Assembly: GCF_001194135.2 (NCBI RefSeq) | Contig: NC_068984.1 | Location: 4,123,939 to 4,187,938, forward strand | Direction of reading: 5' to 3' | Length of the DNA stretch: 64,000 bases | Source of the DNA: Octopus bimaculoides | Lineage: Eukaryota | In this document: positions 38,418-51,224 of the stretch, in pieces | Numbering within the stretch: position 1 is the first letter of the stretch | How the letters are laid out: each line of letters starts with the position of its first letter | Notes under the pieces: generated by a model | The model's input: the letters and a program-made list of their open reading frames with translations, nothing else | What the model was told of the DNA's origin: nothing | Database searches by the model: none | Program-made: the position numbers and the translations under genes

Positions 38418-38577
38418 CTGCCTTATTTATTGTCTTTATTGTCTTTTTATTTATATTTCTGTTTACCTTTCAGTCTTTCAGTTTATGTCTGTCTGTGTGT
38501 CTTGTTTACTCTTCATCTGTCTCTGTGTATCAATGTCTCCATTCCTTCTCCCCTCCCCCTTTTATCTTTATGTGCAC

Positions 38578-38613
<36 letters not shown>

Positions 38614-38869
38614 AAGCTTGATATCAATCTACATACTAACTTACCTGCCTATTTGTACCCTACCGTTTCATCTGTCCCTATTCATTCATCATCTACCTAG
38701 CCGTCTATCTGTCCATCTCCTTGTATATATATGTTATCACCATCATTATCATCACTTAACGTCTGTTGTCTATGCTGTCATGGGTTGGATGGCCGGCATA
38801 CTGGTAGGCTGCACCAGACTCCAGCCTGGTTTGGCATAGTTTTCTAAGGCTGGATGCCCTTCCTAATGC

Positions 38870-38934
<65 letters not shown>

Positions 38935-39113
38935 GCCAATGGTCACAGGTGTGGCTATTGTGTGGTAAGAAACTTGCTCTCCGATTACATGTTTCTGCAT
39001 TAAGTATCACTGTGTCACATCTTGGGCAAGTTTCTTCTTCTACTACTCCAGGTCTACCAAAGTCTTGTGAGTGGATTAGGTAGACAAAAACTGAAAAAAG
39101 CCCATTACACATG

Positions 39114-39158
<45 letters not shown>

Positions 39159-39360
39159 GTTTGTGTGTCTTTGTTTTAGCATCACATAATATTTGTAAAT
39201 GATTGTCACTGTCATACAAGCACTGCCATTCTGAGAGAACATGTCTGGCCATGATGAAATATTACCTCGCTTGGAAACATATCAGGGAACGGTATCCAGT
39301 TGCAAAAAATATCTGCCTCTATAAACTCTATCAACCCATGCAAGAATGGAAAAGTGAACA

Positions 39361-39722
39361 TAGGCACAGGAGTGGCTGTGTGGTAAATAGCTTGCTTACC
39401 AGCTACATGGTTCTGGGTTCAGTTCCACTGCGTGGCACTTTGGGCATGGCCTTGGGCTGACCAAAGCCTTGTGAGTGGATTTGGTAGACGGAAACTCAAA
39501 GAAGCCAGTCATGTGTGTGTGTGTCTGTGTTTGTCCCCCCAGCATCGCTTGACAACCAATGTTGGTGTGTTTACATCCCCCGTAACTTAGCGGTTCGGTG
39601 AAAGAGAACCAATAAAATAAGTACTAGGCTTACAAAGAATAAGTCCTGGAGTTGATTTTCTTGACTAAAGGCATTGCTCCAGCATAGCCGCAGACAAATG
39701 ACTGAAACAAAAGAATAAAAGA
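39361..39722 (+). mobile_element. Full-length SINE family B
   Basis: Colinear with 35808-36217. Confidence 0.85.
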
Positions 39723-40225
39723 ATGGAAAAGTGAACATTAAAACAATGGTGATGATAATTTTCTATCCACACATCTCCCCATCCTTATATCTATTTTTCA
39801 TTCTGCATCTCCCTCGGTCTGTCTATTCAGCAACCCTCACATCAGCTCCCTGCACACCCGTTTATCAGTCCATCTTTTTACTTTAATGTCCGTTCACTGG
39901 CTTTACCTATGACAATACACATTCTACTTCCTCTGCAGTCATGGTGAAGTCACTGTGCAGCCCCAACAAACAATCATTGAGTGAATAAAAACCTGCTGTA
40001 GTTCAGCTGGTTAGATCAGTGGAGTAGTTAATGATTTTCAGGTACCTAATATTTCATTATGTAAACATATGTTTGCATAACAAAGTACCACGTACCTGCA
40101 AATCTTTAATATTTACGTACCAGCTCCAGAAATGTGTCTAATGTGTAAATTGGTATATCCAGTAACTTAACACCGCTGTATGAGGTGGCTATATAATCAA
40201 TGTGTTTGAAGATGTGAATGGGTTA

Positions 40226-40277
40226 GATGGGTGCTGATGACGGGGCAACAATCCCCGAAATATGGTATATACTCATT
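40226..40277 (+). ncRNA. Type I hammerhead ribozyme with intact catalytic core
   Basis: GATGGGTG-CTGATGA-C-GGGG-caacaat-CCCC-GAAA-TA-tgg-TA-TA-TACTCATT; stems I (8 bp, 3 G.U), II (4 bp) and III (3 bp) all pair; AUA cleavage triplet 40267-40269. Confidence 0.78.
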
Positions 40278-41528
40278 ACCCACTTTTGTCTTTGATCACA
40301 TTGTCTGTTTATAACTGACGTCTTGATACAAAATGTTATAGCGGAATTCAGTGCTGGCTGGAATATCTGTGGAAATAACCTTAACAAAGCATTGGAGTAG
40401 TAGCTGTAGTAGTAGCGGGATGGATGAGCATGAGGCCCATACGCCAGTGTATTGATGGCACAGCCTTCTTGTTATGATTTGTAGCATCAACAGATACAAA
40501 TGAAGAGTGATGCCTGTAGAGGAGTGAGCAGAAGTTGTAAATCAGCAACGAACCCAAGTTTGTGTGGGTAGATAGGTAGGGAGGGAGATGTAGGGTCGTG
40601 AGGAAGAGTAGGAGTGTTGCGGTAAGAGTTTCAGAATAAATAAAGAACATATCCAGTATGGAAGAGATAGGAGCCGAGAATACAGTAAAGGTCATGGTAT
40701 TATCGGTGTAAGAAGCAGGGAGTAGATAGGGCCAAGTGGAGAGAACATGTTGTTTAGATGAATGTAATAACTATCAGTGGTGGGGGGTGGGGTGGAGATG
40801 AAGTAGAATGTGTTGGAGTGGAACACAGAGGAGAGAGAGAATACCTTTGGAATGGTGTAACTAGCAATGGAAAAATGAAGCAGGGTGTTGTAATGAGATC
40901 TCGAGGAAGATAGTTCTTGGAGGAAAATGCCTAAAGTTGTTCCCTAATAGACTTCTCATGATTAGGATCTCTTCAATGAAGATATTTTTTTTTTTCCATG
41001 TAAGTGAAAACATCTGACAAAATATGTGCAGATAATTCTATTGTTGGCATCGCACCTCTTAATAAAAGGAGTGGGGGGNNNNNNNNNNNNNNNNNNNNNN
41101 NNNNNNNNNNNNNNNNNNNNNNNNNNNNNNNNNNNNNNNNNNNNNNNNNNNNNNNNNNNNNNNNNNNNNNNNNNNNNNNNNNNNNNNNNNNNNNNNNNNN
41201 NNNNNNNNNNNNNNNNNNNNNNNNNNNNNNNNNNNNNNNNNNNNNNNNNNNNNNNNNNNNNNNNNNNNNNNNNNNNNNNNNNNNNNNNNNNNNNNNNNNN
41301 NNNGCAATAAATAAATAAATAAATGAAAAATAGAAAGAAAATACAAAATTACCTGGAAAAATGTTAGTGAAGAAAATTTTATTTTTGGTAATATTTATGT
41401 GTTTGTTTTTGTTTTGTTGTTGTTTTTGTTTATTTCTCTCTCTCTCTCACTCTCTCTCTCTCTCTCTCTCACCATTTTTGGCTGACTCTGACTGTTTGCC
41501 TAAAATAGAATCTCTTTGTTGTAGCTGT

Positions 41529-41565
<37 letters not shown>

Positions 41566-42459
41566 ATGTATCAATATATGCATGTGTAGGAGCATATATA
41601 TATATATATATATATATATCATAAAATGTGTGTGTGTGTGTGTATATACATGTATTAATATATGTGTGTGCTTTTTGTGTTTATACATGTTTTAATGTTA
41701 TGTCTTGTGTGTGTACATACATTAATGTATGTGTGAATATTGTGTGTGTACATGTATTAATATGTATGCATATACATACATATGTCTGTCTGTATATATG
41801 TATGTAAATATATATATGTGTATGCGTGCGTATATATATATATATATATGTGTGTGTGTATATATATATGTATATATACACATGCACACACATTAGATTG
41901 TCTATGTATGTATTTTGTGTATTTTTGTCTTGTGTTTCGGTGTTGTGAGATGATGACCTTCGTGATAATAGTGGTGATGGTGGGGTGTGTACAGTGACAG
42001 TGGTGGAGGGGGTGAGTATTTGTTACCAAGGCACAACTTTATAGGTAGAAGGTGGGGATGATATAATCAATTGAATCCCCTTCCCCCCACAATGTGACTG
42101 ATTTATTGGCCACACAGAGATGAAGGACAAAGTCAACCACACTCTGATCTCAATTGAGAATTGAGAGACAGTCAGATATTTAGCCTAGGGCTCTCCCACT
42201 TTAAACAATTCAAAACTTCGATAATCATAATCATAATCATAATGATGATGATGATGGACTTTCCTGTCGAAGACGATGTATGAGTGTCCAACTTCTGCTG
42301 AATGATATGTACAAATGATTTGTTTATAGTGATCAAACTCTCCATCAGATCAAAATTTGTCTGAACAGGTGCATGGTGTACTACACATCAGGTGAAATGA
42401 AGGGTTTTGCTCAAGAACACAATGCACCACCTGGTCTAGAAATTGAAACTATGCAGGTA

Positions 42460-42710
42460 GCACGTAAAAAACAATTTTTGAGCGTGGTCATTGCCAGAAC
42501 TGCCTGACCAGCCTTCATGCCGGTGGCACGTAAAAATCACCCACTACGCTCTCGGAGTGGTTGGCATTAGGAAGGGCATCCAGCAGTAGAAACACTGCCA
42601 GATCAGATTGGCGCCTGGTGCAGCCTTCTGGCTCTCCACACCTTAGTCAAACCATCCAACCCATGCCAGCATGGAAAGTGGACGTTAAACGATGATGATG
42701 ATGATCATGG
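42460..42710 (+). mobile_element. RTE-type 3'-tail element
   Basis: GCCGGTGGCACGTAAAA..GGAAGGGCATCCAGC..GGACGTTAAAC(GAT)n. Confidence 0.75.
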
Positions 42711-43227
42711 ATTGGGAGGTCTTTGTCTTGATATTGCAGGATTGTTGCAAATGAATGTCATTCATTTCCAATATCCTGCAAAAACATGTCCATCCATGGA
42801 GAAATATTTCCTTCTTGGAAATAGGTAAGGGTTGGAGACAGGAAGGGCATCCAACCATGGAAACTCTGCTTCAATAAACTCTGCCTGATCCATGCAAGCA
42901 TGGAAAAGTGGACGTTTAAAAATGATGATGATGATGAAATATTGTCCTTGTTAATGGGGTGGGGGTGTAAAACAAATACACATTTTTGAACTCAATCAAA
43001 TTACAAATGTATAATTGTTACTTTTTAATTAAGAAGCCACATTACGGCTCTTATCTCATTCCATAAAATCGTATATTGGAACCAACTGTAATGTAACCTC
43101 TTAATATATATGATGATGATGATGATGATGATGTTGAAATCACCATCATCATCATTAATGTTTTAACATCTACTGTACCTTGCTTGCATAATCAAACAAA
43201 ACTTGTTGATGCAGATTTTTTTATGAC

Positions 43228-43465
43228 CACCCTCACATATCTTCCCCTCTTCATGCCCCATCCCCTCACATATCTTCCTCTCTTCACACCCCATCCCCTC
43301 ATATATCTTTTCACGGCCCCTCACATATCTTCCCCTCTTCACGCCCCCTCACATATCTTCCCCTCTTCACGCCCCATACCCTCACATATCTTCCCTGTTT
43401 CATGCCCCATGCCCTCATATATCTCCTCCTCTTTCTGCTCCATACCCTCACATATCTTCCCCACC
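43228..43465. repeat. Pyrimidine-rich minisatellite, ~28-33-bp unit CCCTCACATATCTTCCCCTCTTCA, ~8 copies
   Basis: Directly visible. Confidence 0.9.
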
Positions 43466-43859
43466 CCCCTTCTCAGCCTCTCCAATTTCCCTCACCATCA
43501 CTTACTACAGTCATGTCTTCCCCATCCATAAACACAACCCCCTCACACTCTCATGGAACCTCCTTCTCTATCCCCTCTGTACTACATATACCCTACTACA
43601 CTGTTCCTTGTGGGTAGATCTCAATACACCTCCAACACCATCTCTCTCTCTCTCTGACTATCTCTCTATATTTCCCCCCTAACTCTCTCCCACCTTCCTT
43701 CTTCCTTGTCCATCGGTNNNNNNNNNNNNNNNNNNNNNNNNNNNNNNNGGGGGGGGTGATCAAGTATCTCCTCTATAGTAAAATAACTATCTCTGACCCT
43801 CTATTGTATCCTAACCTCTTGCCTGCCACACAACCTCAGTTCCACTCCCTCTCTTAACT

Positions 43860-44105
43860 AAGAAGTTTTTGCCTTGAAAGTTACTTGGCGACCCCGCTGG
43901 TGCTTGTGTCATGAAAAAGTACTTGTACCACACGGAAAACACCCAGTACACTCAGTAAAGTGGTTAACATTAGGAAGGGCATCCAGCCATAGAAACCCTG
44001 CTAAAACAGATGACTGGAGTCTCTTGCAGCTCTTCAGCTTGCCACTTCTGGTCAGACTGTCCAATCCATGCTAGCATGGAAACAAACATTAAACGATGAG
44101 GATGT
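43860..44105 (+). mobile_element. RTE-type 3'-tail element
   Basis: TTAGGAAGGGCATCCAGCC..CATGCTAGCATGGAAAC..GATGA. Confidence 0.65.
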
Positions 44106-44256
44106 TATATATATATGTGTGTATTTATATATCCACTTTTAAGTTTATCTCTATAGATTTCCTATTGAATTCAGAGCCAACACTGCAAGTTACGACACTT
44201 TGTAAACAAATACATTCATATAAAAAATGCAATCAAAAGTAGAAAAAATAGGTACT

Positions 44257-44308
44257 GGATGTATATGCATATTTCATGGGCAATTGCCCTTTCATCAGCC
44301 TCACATCC
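44257..44308 (-). ncRNA. Hammerhead relic related to 40226, with a 3-nt insertion before the core
   Basis: Minus strand GGATGTG-agg-CTGATGA-AAGGGCAATTGCCCAT-GAAA-TATGCA-TA-TACATCC. Confidence 0.55.
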
Positions 44309-44384
44309 AACCCATGCAATCAATATACATACATACGTACATATGTAAGTATGTATGTATGTAAATAGTGTGTGTGTATGTCAT

Positions 44385-44960
44385 CATCAATATCATCATC
44401 GTTTAACATCCGTTTTCCATGTTGGCGTGGGTTGGATGGTTTGATTGTGGACTGGCAAGCCAGAAGGCTGCACCAGGCTCCAATCTGATCTGCCAGTGTT
44501 TCTACAGCTGGACGCCCTTCCTGATGCCAACCATTACGAGAGTGTAGTGGATGCTTTCACATGTCACTGGCACAAATGCCAGTCAGGCGGTACTGGCAAC
44601 GACCACGTTCAAGAAGTGTCTTTTTACGTGCCACCTGCATGGGAGCCAGTCCGACAGCACTGGCAACGACCACATTTGAATGTTGTTTTTCATGTGCCAC
44701 CGGCATATGAGCCAGTAAGGCGATGCTGGAAACGACTGCACTTGAATGGTGTTTTTTACATGCCACCGGCATGGGAGTCAGTCAGTGGCCCTAGCAATGG
44801 TCACACTCGGATGGTGCTTTTAACGTGCCACTGGCTTATGTGCCAGTGGCACGTTAAAAGCATGAGTGCCTATCAGGCAGTACTGTCATCATCCACATCA
44901 GCGATTTTGATTTCACTTGCCTCGACAGGTCTTCGCAAGCAAAGTTTATTGACCAATGGT
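44385..44960 (-). mobile_element. RTE 3'-tail element with ~4 tandem ~66-bp units and a perfect 21-bp hairpin
   Basis: Unit starts near 44551, 44617, 44684, 44750 and 44814; hairpin at 44815-44862. Confidence 0.8.
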
Positions 44961-46859
44961 TTCCTTGTGTATTTATTGTGAAGTGATACAAACATCCATC
45001 CTTTGTTTGGTGCTACAATAAGGATAGAGCAATGTAATGTTTCTTGTTCATGTCTCTTGCATTGCCAAGAGGTTCCACTTTACCTGAAAACGTAGTTTAT
45101 TGGACATTTGACAGGAGAGTAATAACTGGTGCCATTGTTGTCCTTATAACCAATCAGCCATTATCGGTGTGCATGGAGAAGGTCTGTTCTGTGAGGAACA
45201 ACATGGAAACATGCCTCATCCTACGCTACGCTACTTGTTGCTTGTTTAGCTTTGACATTGGCATCATCATCATCATCACTCTCACCTTCAGCACTATCAC
45301 TTATCAACATCAACATCATCATCACCAACATTATTAGTCATCATCATCATCATCATCATCGACATCGACATTATCATCATCACCAACATCATCATTATCA
45401 TCACCATCATTATTATTTTCCATATTACATCCTCTACTTCCTCCTCTTCCTCCTCATTGTTATCCATGGTGGGGGTTCTTATTGTTGTAGGCGTTATCAT
45501 TGTCAACATAATCCTTTTTGTTGTTGTTCTTCTTCTTCTTCTCTCAGTTGCCCCTTTTTTTTTATTGTTTTTATCATTTTGTTGTTGTCATCATTGTTTT
45601 TGTTATCTGGCCTCATTCTGCTTGTTGTTGTTATCGTCATTATACTTGTTGTTGCTGTTGTTGTTGTTATGGTAGTTGGTGGCTGATAATGTTGTTTCCA
45701 TTGTTATTGTTGATAGTGCTGTCAGTATTATCTCTTTTATCATTATTCATTGTTGCTGCTGCTGCTGCTGCTGCTGTTGTTTTCTGAAGCCTGCCACCAC
45801 CACCACCACCGCCACCACCACCGTCCACTCCACCTCACCCCACTCCTATGTAGATAAAACAAAGGGGAGGAGGGGGAGTGAATTCAATATTCTGTGATAC
45901 TAATCCAGCATTAATCTAAAAAGAGAAGTCTCAAGTAGAATCAATAGCCAAACTATTGGCTGATAGCTTATGTCACGGTCTGTTCAGCAAAGCGGTCATC
46001 AGTTAATTTCAGACCAGTTGCAGACATTCTCGCCAAAGTTTCCAGTCTATTTTAGAAGTTGCCGATGAAAATTAAATTTATACCCGACTGATTTTAATAT
46101 TTTTAGGATTTTTTGCTTTTTGTGTTGTTTTGTTAATTTTTATTTCAAGTTATGCTGTCTAGTCAAATGTCCCAAAATAGAAACTTTTTATTCTTACTAC
46201 TACTATTATTATTATTATTATTATTATTATTATCATTATTATTATTTATTATTTATTATTCATGATTTGAGAAATATATCAAGAGTTTCCTCAATGTATT
46301 ATTATTATTATTATTGTTATCATCATCATCATCACTATTGTTATTGTTATTATTATTATTATTATTACGGAATAAGTTCATAAAACCTCTACCCTCTGTG
46401 AGCAACAACGCATTTCCTCGTCTTACAAAATTCCGTCTGTACATGATATATGTGTGTGCGTGAGAATGTAAACATGGTGGTGCGACTTTAGTGGATGCGT
46501 TCCATATGGAGAGAAACCCTGTGAACACGGTGTGTTGATTGTGTGAGGATGAAACCGTGAGTGAAACAAGTGGATTGGTTGCTGAGTGGAAGGGGCCCAT
46601 GGTGGCAGCCGAGGAAACAAAGAAATAGTCAGGTCAAACTTTATCAAAATTGAGGGCACCTACTGAAATCACAAAAGGTTCAGGTGCAGGGGGGGGGGTG
46701 GCATTGCATTGCTAACCCTTTGACTACAAGAACTGAAACAAAGATGGTGAAGTATTTTGTTGAGGTATTTCAATATGTGGCCTTGTTGTGATGTCTCTGA
46801 TATTATTTGCCATTCCTCAGTTTGTCTTCCCAATAATGGACCGTTGTGATGATCTACTG

Positions 46860-47225
46860 AATATTCTCATGTCATAGCTGGGGGCGGGGGCTCCAAAAGG
46901 GGTCTCAGGGAGTAGTGTCCCTGCCTTTCTAAGCCAGTTTTCCACTACATTTCTTAAAAATTGTGGTAGAGGCCTTGGTCTTGGGACCACTAATGTCTAG
47001 AAACTGAGGTTGGGGGTAAGCAAGAGTATGCTCCCCATAGAAAATCCAACTCCAGAAAAGCCTCATGATAGCAAGGGAGAATGGGCACCAGCTAGCCCAA
47101 AGGTTGGGGTGGACTGCACCTGCCTGCTTCAGTTGCTATGGCAATGAGGTAGATCTGGCCACCCCTGTTAACAGGGACAAAACCTGGATTTAAAACACTG
47201 GATGATGATGATGATGATGATGAAT
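46860..47225 (+). mobile_element. GC-richer interspersed repeat ending in (GAT)n, possibly RTE-UTR derived
   Basis: GC-rich body and (GAT)n tail; family not confidently recognised. Confidence 0.35.
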
Positions 47226-47574
47226 AACAGTCATTGAAGACAAGCCTCAATTTTACATTGGAACCTAAGGGTGTTACTATCTATCCTGGATTATCTGACA
47301 GTGGTTAACATCTCTGATAAGCAACAGCTTTGAATGAAAACTCCCTGTAGCTAATTCCCTGACATCCTGTTTGCTTACTGTTTTTATCTGTTGTCATTAC
47401 TATATCTGCCTTGTAACCCCAGTATCATTATTGGGTTTATACAACAAGACATGTTATAGATGTATTTTAGTCATTAGTTATGCTTCTGCACTCTAAACTG
47501 TTTGGTAAGAGCTCAATAAAATGCTACCCACTCAACTTGAACTTATATCATGAGTGACACTCAACTAAAACTTT

Positions 47575-48105
47575 CACTGTCACTCGAAATGCTGGGTCTT
47601 GTTATCATCAAGGATCTCTCTGGTGAAAGCACATCTTTAGGATAGCTAGGACCACATTCCAAAGACATGCCCTTCTCTTTAAGGGCTGAAAGATATTTAA
47701 GTCCCTTACAACTCCACAGTGGAGTACTGCTCCCATGTGTGGGACAGTGATGCTATTTCACTCGTTAGGAACCTAGACTGCATCCTGAGAAGGACCACTT
47801 AACTAGATTCAGTCAGTCACAGACAAATTCCAGCCTCTGACCTACACATATACTGTCTCCTCTATGTCTTTTCCATTGCTATAATGGTCCCTGCTTCCTA
47901 GAGGCTGGTCTCATACATTCACCACTCAAGCACGCCCAACCCACTCATCTTTCCATTTCTTGCAACCCTTGGTGCATTCAACCCTGTCTTTCTATACACT
48001 AACCCCAATCCTTCATCCACAGAGCACCATCCCCCTGGAATCTCCCTTTCACTCATGTGTTGTTCTGCAACAATTTAAATGGAACATTAATGCCAGCAGT
48101 GTGAA
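47575..48105 (+). mobile_element. Degenerate L2/Daphne/Jockey-group LINE, RT C-terminus
   Basis: LEMLGLVIIKDLS.., TVEYCSHVWDS, ..WNL.., LQQFKWNINA. Confidence 0.6.
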
Positions 48106-49406
48106 GAGTCATGGGTTCTTTTTCCCTTTCCTTCAAGTAAAAAGAGAGTGAGAGCGGGCAGCAGGGTGCATGGCACAGTCATTGAGACATGTCTCTGTCC
48201 CAATATGTCTACAGAATTCTTTCAAGAATCTATGTTCTCACTATCACAGTCAAGTTTTAGCTTCTGCACTAATTAATTATCGATGAGTTTTGTTTTGTTT
48301 TTATTGATGAATTTTCACATTAGTCTTAATACATTAGTCAATTAATCATTAGGCTTAATACATAAGTCAATTTCTTTATCCTTGACTCAATATTCTTTTG
48401 TCTTCTGTCCTGGAAGAAGACAAGCATTTTCAATCAGTCTGAAGCCTATGAATGGAGATTCAAGTCATCTATGTTTTTAGAGTTGATCGTTCCCATTGCT
48501 GGGTCCTTCTTCCTGTTTTTTTTCCCCCTGTTTCACCTCCTTCACCATCACCCCTCCAAGGTATAATTCTCTCCATATAAATCATCTTGGACAATCGTTT
48601 GTGAGTCTCAGCAAATTGTTGTTGTAACACTTCTACCATAAAACATTATAATTGATCATCTATAAAGCCTGTCACATTGTTTTTGTATCATTACTAAACA
48701 TGGCCTTCATCTAATTCCTTTTTCTCTGAAATAACTCTTGTATCTTTTCTCATCCATCATGGGACATTTCTTTGACATCATCCAAGCTACACATGTACAT
48801 TCCTGGATGTTTTAATCCACAACCTACAAACTCCATTATTATTCTTATTGCACAAGTGTTAGAGCTTCAGCTAAAGTGTCTTCTGGAATTTCTTCCAGTT
48901 CTTTACATTCTGAGTTCAAAGCCTTTCGGAGACAATAAACCATTCTTATCCTGGACTCTACATAATCAACGATTCTCCTTCCCTAAATATCAGGTCCCCT
49001 GTCTATGTTACAAACAATTGTTAGAGTCAGAGATAGGCTCCATCATTAGAGTACAGGAGAAATTTCTGGTGATATTTGTTCCAACTCTTTACATTCTAAG
49101 TTCAATGCCTATCAAAGTCAATTTCACATTTTGCCCTTTCTTTGTCAGTAAAAGAAAGGACCAGTCAAGTACTGAATTCAATGGAATTTACTAACCACTT
49201 TCTCTGAAAATGGCTGGCCTTGTGCATAAATTACAAACCATTGTTGCTGTTGTTGTTGTTGTTAATGTGATATTATTGTTTCTGAAAATGGTGATCCAAC
49301 TTTGCTTTCCATCCAACATTATTGAAATATCAGTAACATCATGGACACAAGTTCAATTCACTTTATTTTTGTATCAAAACAAGAAAACAATATCTTAAAT
49401 GAAAAT

Positions 49407-49628
49407 TAAGTGGCAAGCTGTCGGAATGGCTAGCAGGCTGGGCAAAGCATCTCATGCCATTTTCTCCATTTCTATGTTCTGAGTTCAAACGTTGCTGAGG
49501 TCAACTTTGCCTGTCATCCTTTTGGGGGTTGATAAAATAAGTACCAGTTGAGAAGTGGGGTTGATGTAATCGACTAGTCCCCTCCCCCAACATTGCAGGC
49601 CTTGTGCCAAAATTTGAAACCAACATTT
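49407..49628 (+). mobile_element. SINE family C with 12-bp TSD TTAAATGAAAAT
   Basis: Direct repeat at 49395-49406 and 49629-49640. Confidence 0.8.
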
Positions 49629-49649
49629 TAAATGAAAATGTTTTATACT

Positions 49650-50005
49650 CATCATTATTATCATCGTTTAACGTTCACTTTCCATGCTGGCATGGGTTGG
49701 ACGGTTTGACTAAGAGCTGGCAAGCAAGAAAGCTGCACCAGTCTCCAATCTGATCTGGCAATGTTTCTACAGCTGGATGCCTTTCCTAACACCAACCACT
49801 CCAAGAGTGTAGTGGGTGCTTTTATGTGCCACTAGCACAAGGACCAGTCAGGCGGTACTGACAACAGCCATGCTCAAATGGTGTTTTTATGTGCCACCTG
49901 CACAGGAGCCAGTCAGGCAGCCCTGACAACAATCATGCTCAAATGGTGCTTTTAACATTCCACTGGCACAGGTGCCAATCAGGCAGTACTGTCATCGGCC
50001 ATGAA
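49650..50005 (-). mobile_element. RTE 3'-tail element with ~65-bp tandem units
   Basis: Unit starts near 49815, 49880 and 49946. Confidence 0.75.
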
Positions 50006-50239
50006 TTGAACTCAAAGTTATAACTTCCTTTCTAACGTTTTAAGATCAATGTTAGTTATCTCAGTTTTCTGTCTGATCCTAAGTCTTTTGACTTCAAACT
50101 GCATAAAAACACACACCAGATATTGAACTCCAAGTACAGACATTGCTGTTTTATGTAAAGATAATAAATTATTTCTCTGTATATTTTACATGGAGTATAA
50201 ATATAGTAATTTGATATTTAACAACCAATTATGTATAAC

Positions 50240-50275
<36 letters not shown>

Positions 50276-50864
50276 AATGGGTGTGGATGGGAGATGAGAG
50301 ATTTTACTTGTATTTATTTATTTTTTTGGTTTGTTTATTCTATACAAAAGAAAATATCACTGCAAGTGCATGTCAGTACTTTACTGAAAGGTTGAGTATA
50401 CCTCAGGCTAGAAATTTAAAACATGGATATGGATTTGGATCTAATGGCTTTTGTAAACTTAAAAAAGACGTAATTCATTTTTAAAGGAGATTATTTCGCT
50501 GTAGAAGAAAAATGTTCCTGTTAAGTGCCAAGACACATTTTCTTCTGCTTCGTTATTTTATTTGTTAAAACTTCATTTGGTGGTGGTGGTGGTGGGAGGA
50601 GAACTATTAAAATGGCTGTATTAAAACAGTATTAAGTTCACTTGCTGTAGATTCTAGCATAGACAGTGCTTTCAGTTTTAAACTTTTGTTACAGGAAACA
50701 GTGTAAGACTTAATGTGTGTGTGTGTGTTTATTTAATCCCTAATAGTTGGCACCTTCACCAGGATGTTGTAACAAATATAATTAATAGAGAAATGTAGAT
50801 TTGTGTTTTTCTCTCCCCCTTTCACAAACACACATATACATCTACACACACATATATATATTAA

Positions 50865-51150
50865 GTGCAGGCTTTATTGTGTGGTAAGAAGCTTGCTTCC
50901 CAACCACATGGTTCCAGGTTCAGTCCCACTGTATGGAACCTTGGACTAGTGTCTTCTACCACAGCTTTGGGCCGACCAAGCTTTGTGTGTCACTAAGTAG
51001 ATGGAAACTGAAAGAAGCCAGCTGTATGTGTGTGTGTTTGTTCCCCATCACTGCTTTACACCTGGTGATGGTGTAACTTAGTGATTCGGCAAAAGAGATT
51101 GATGGAATAAAAACCAGGGTTGATTTGTTGGACTAAAATTTTTCAAGGCA
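50865..51150 (+). mobile_element. SINE family B
   Basis: GTGTGG..GGTTCAGTCCC..CCTTGGACTAGTGTC. Confidence 0.7.
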
Positions 51151-51224
51151 GTAGATGTTTGGAAAATGGGTTTTTGGGAAGAAACTCATCAGGCACAGAT
51201 AGAGTGCCAGGGCACAGACATAAA

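Noticed and set aside
40381-40695. 104-aa ORF next to the hammerhead as a PLE GIY-YIG domain
   Set aside because: Only a weak FIYSET resemblance, and it is antisense to the ribozyme; a profile search would be needed
45960-46020. Minus-strand CTGATGA within GGTCTG..CAGACC
   Set aside because: No GAAA and no UH site in register
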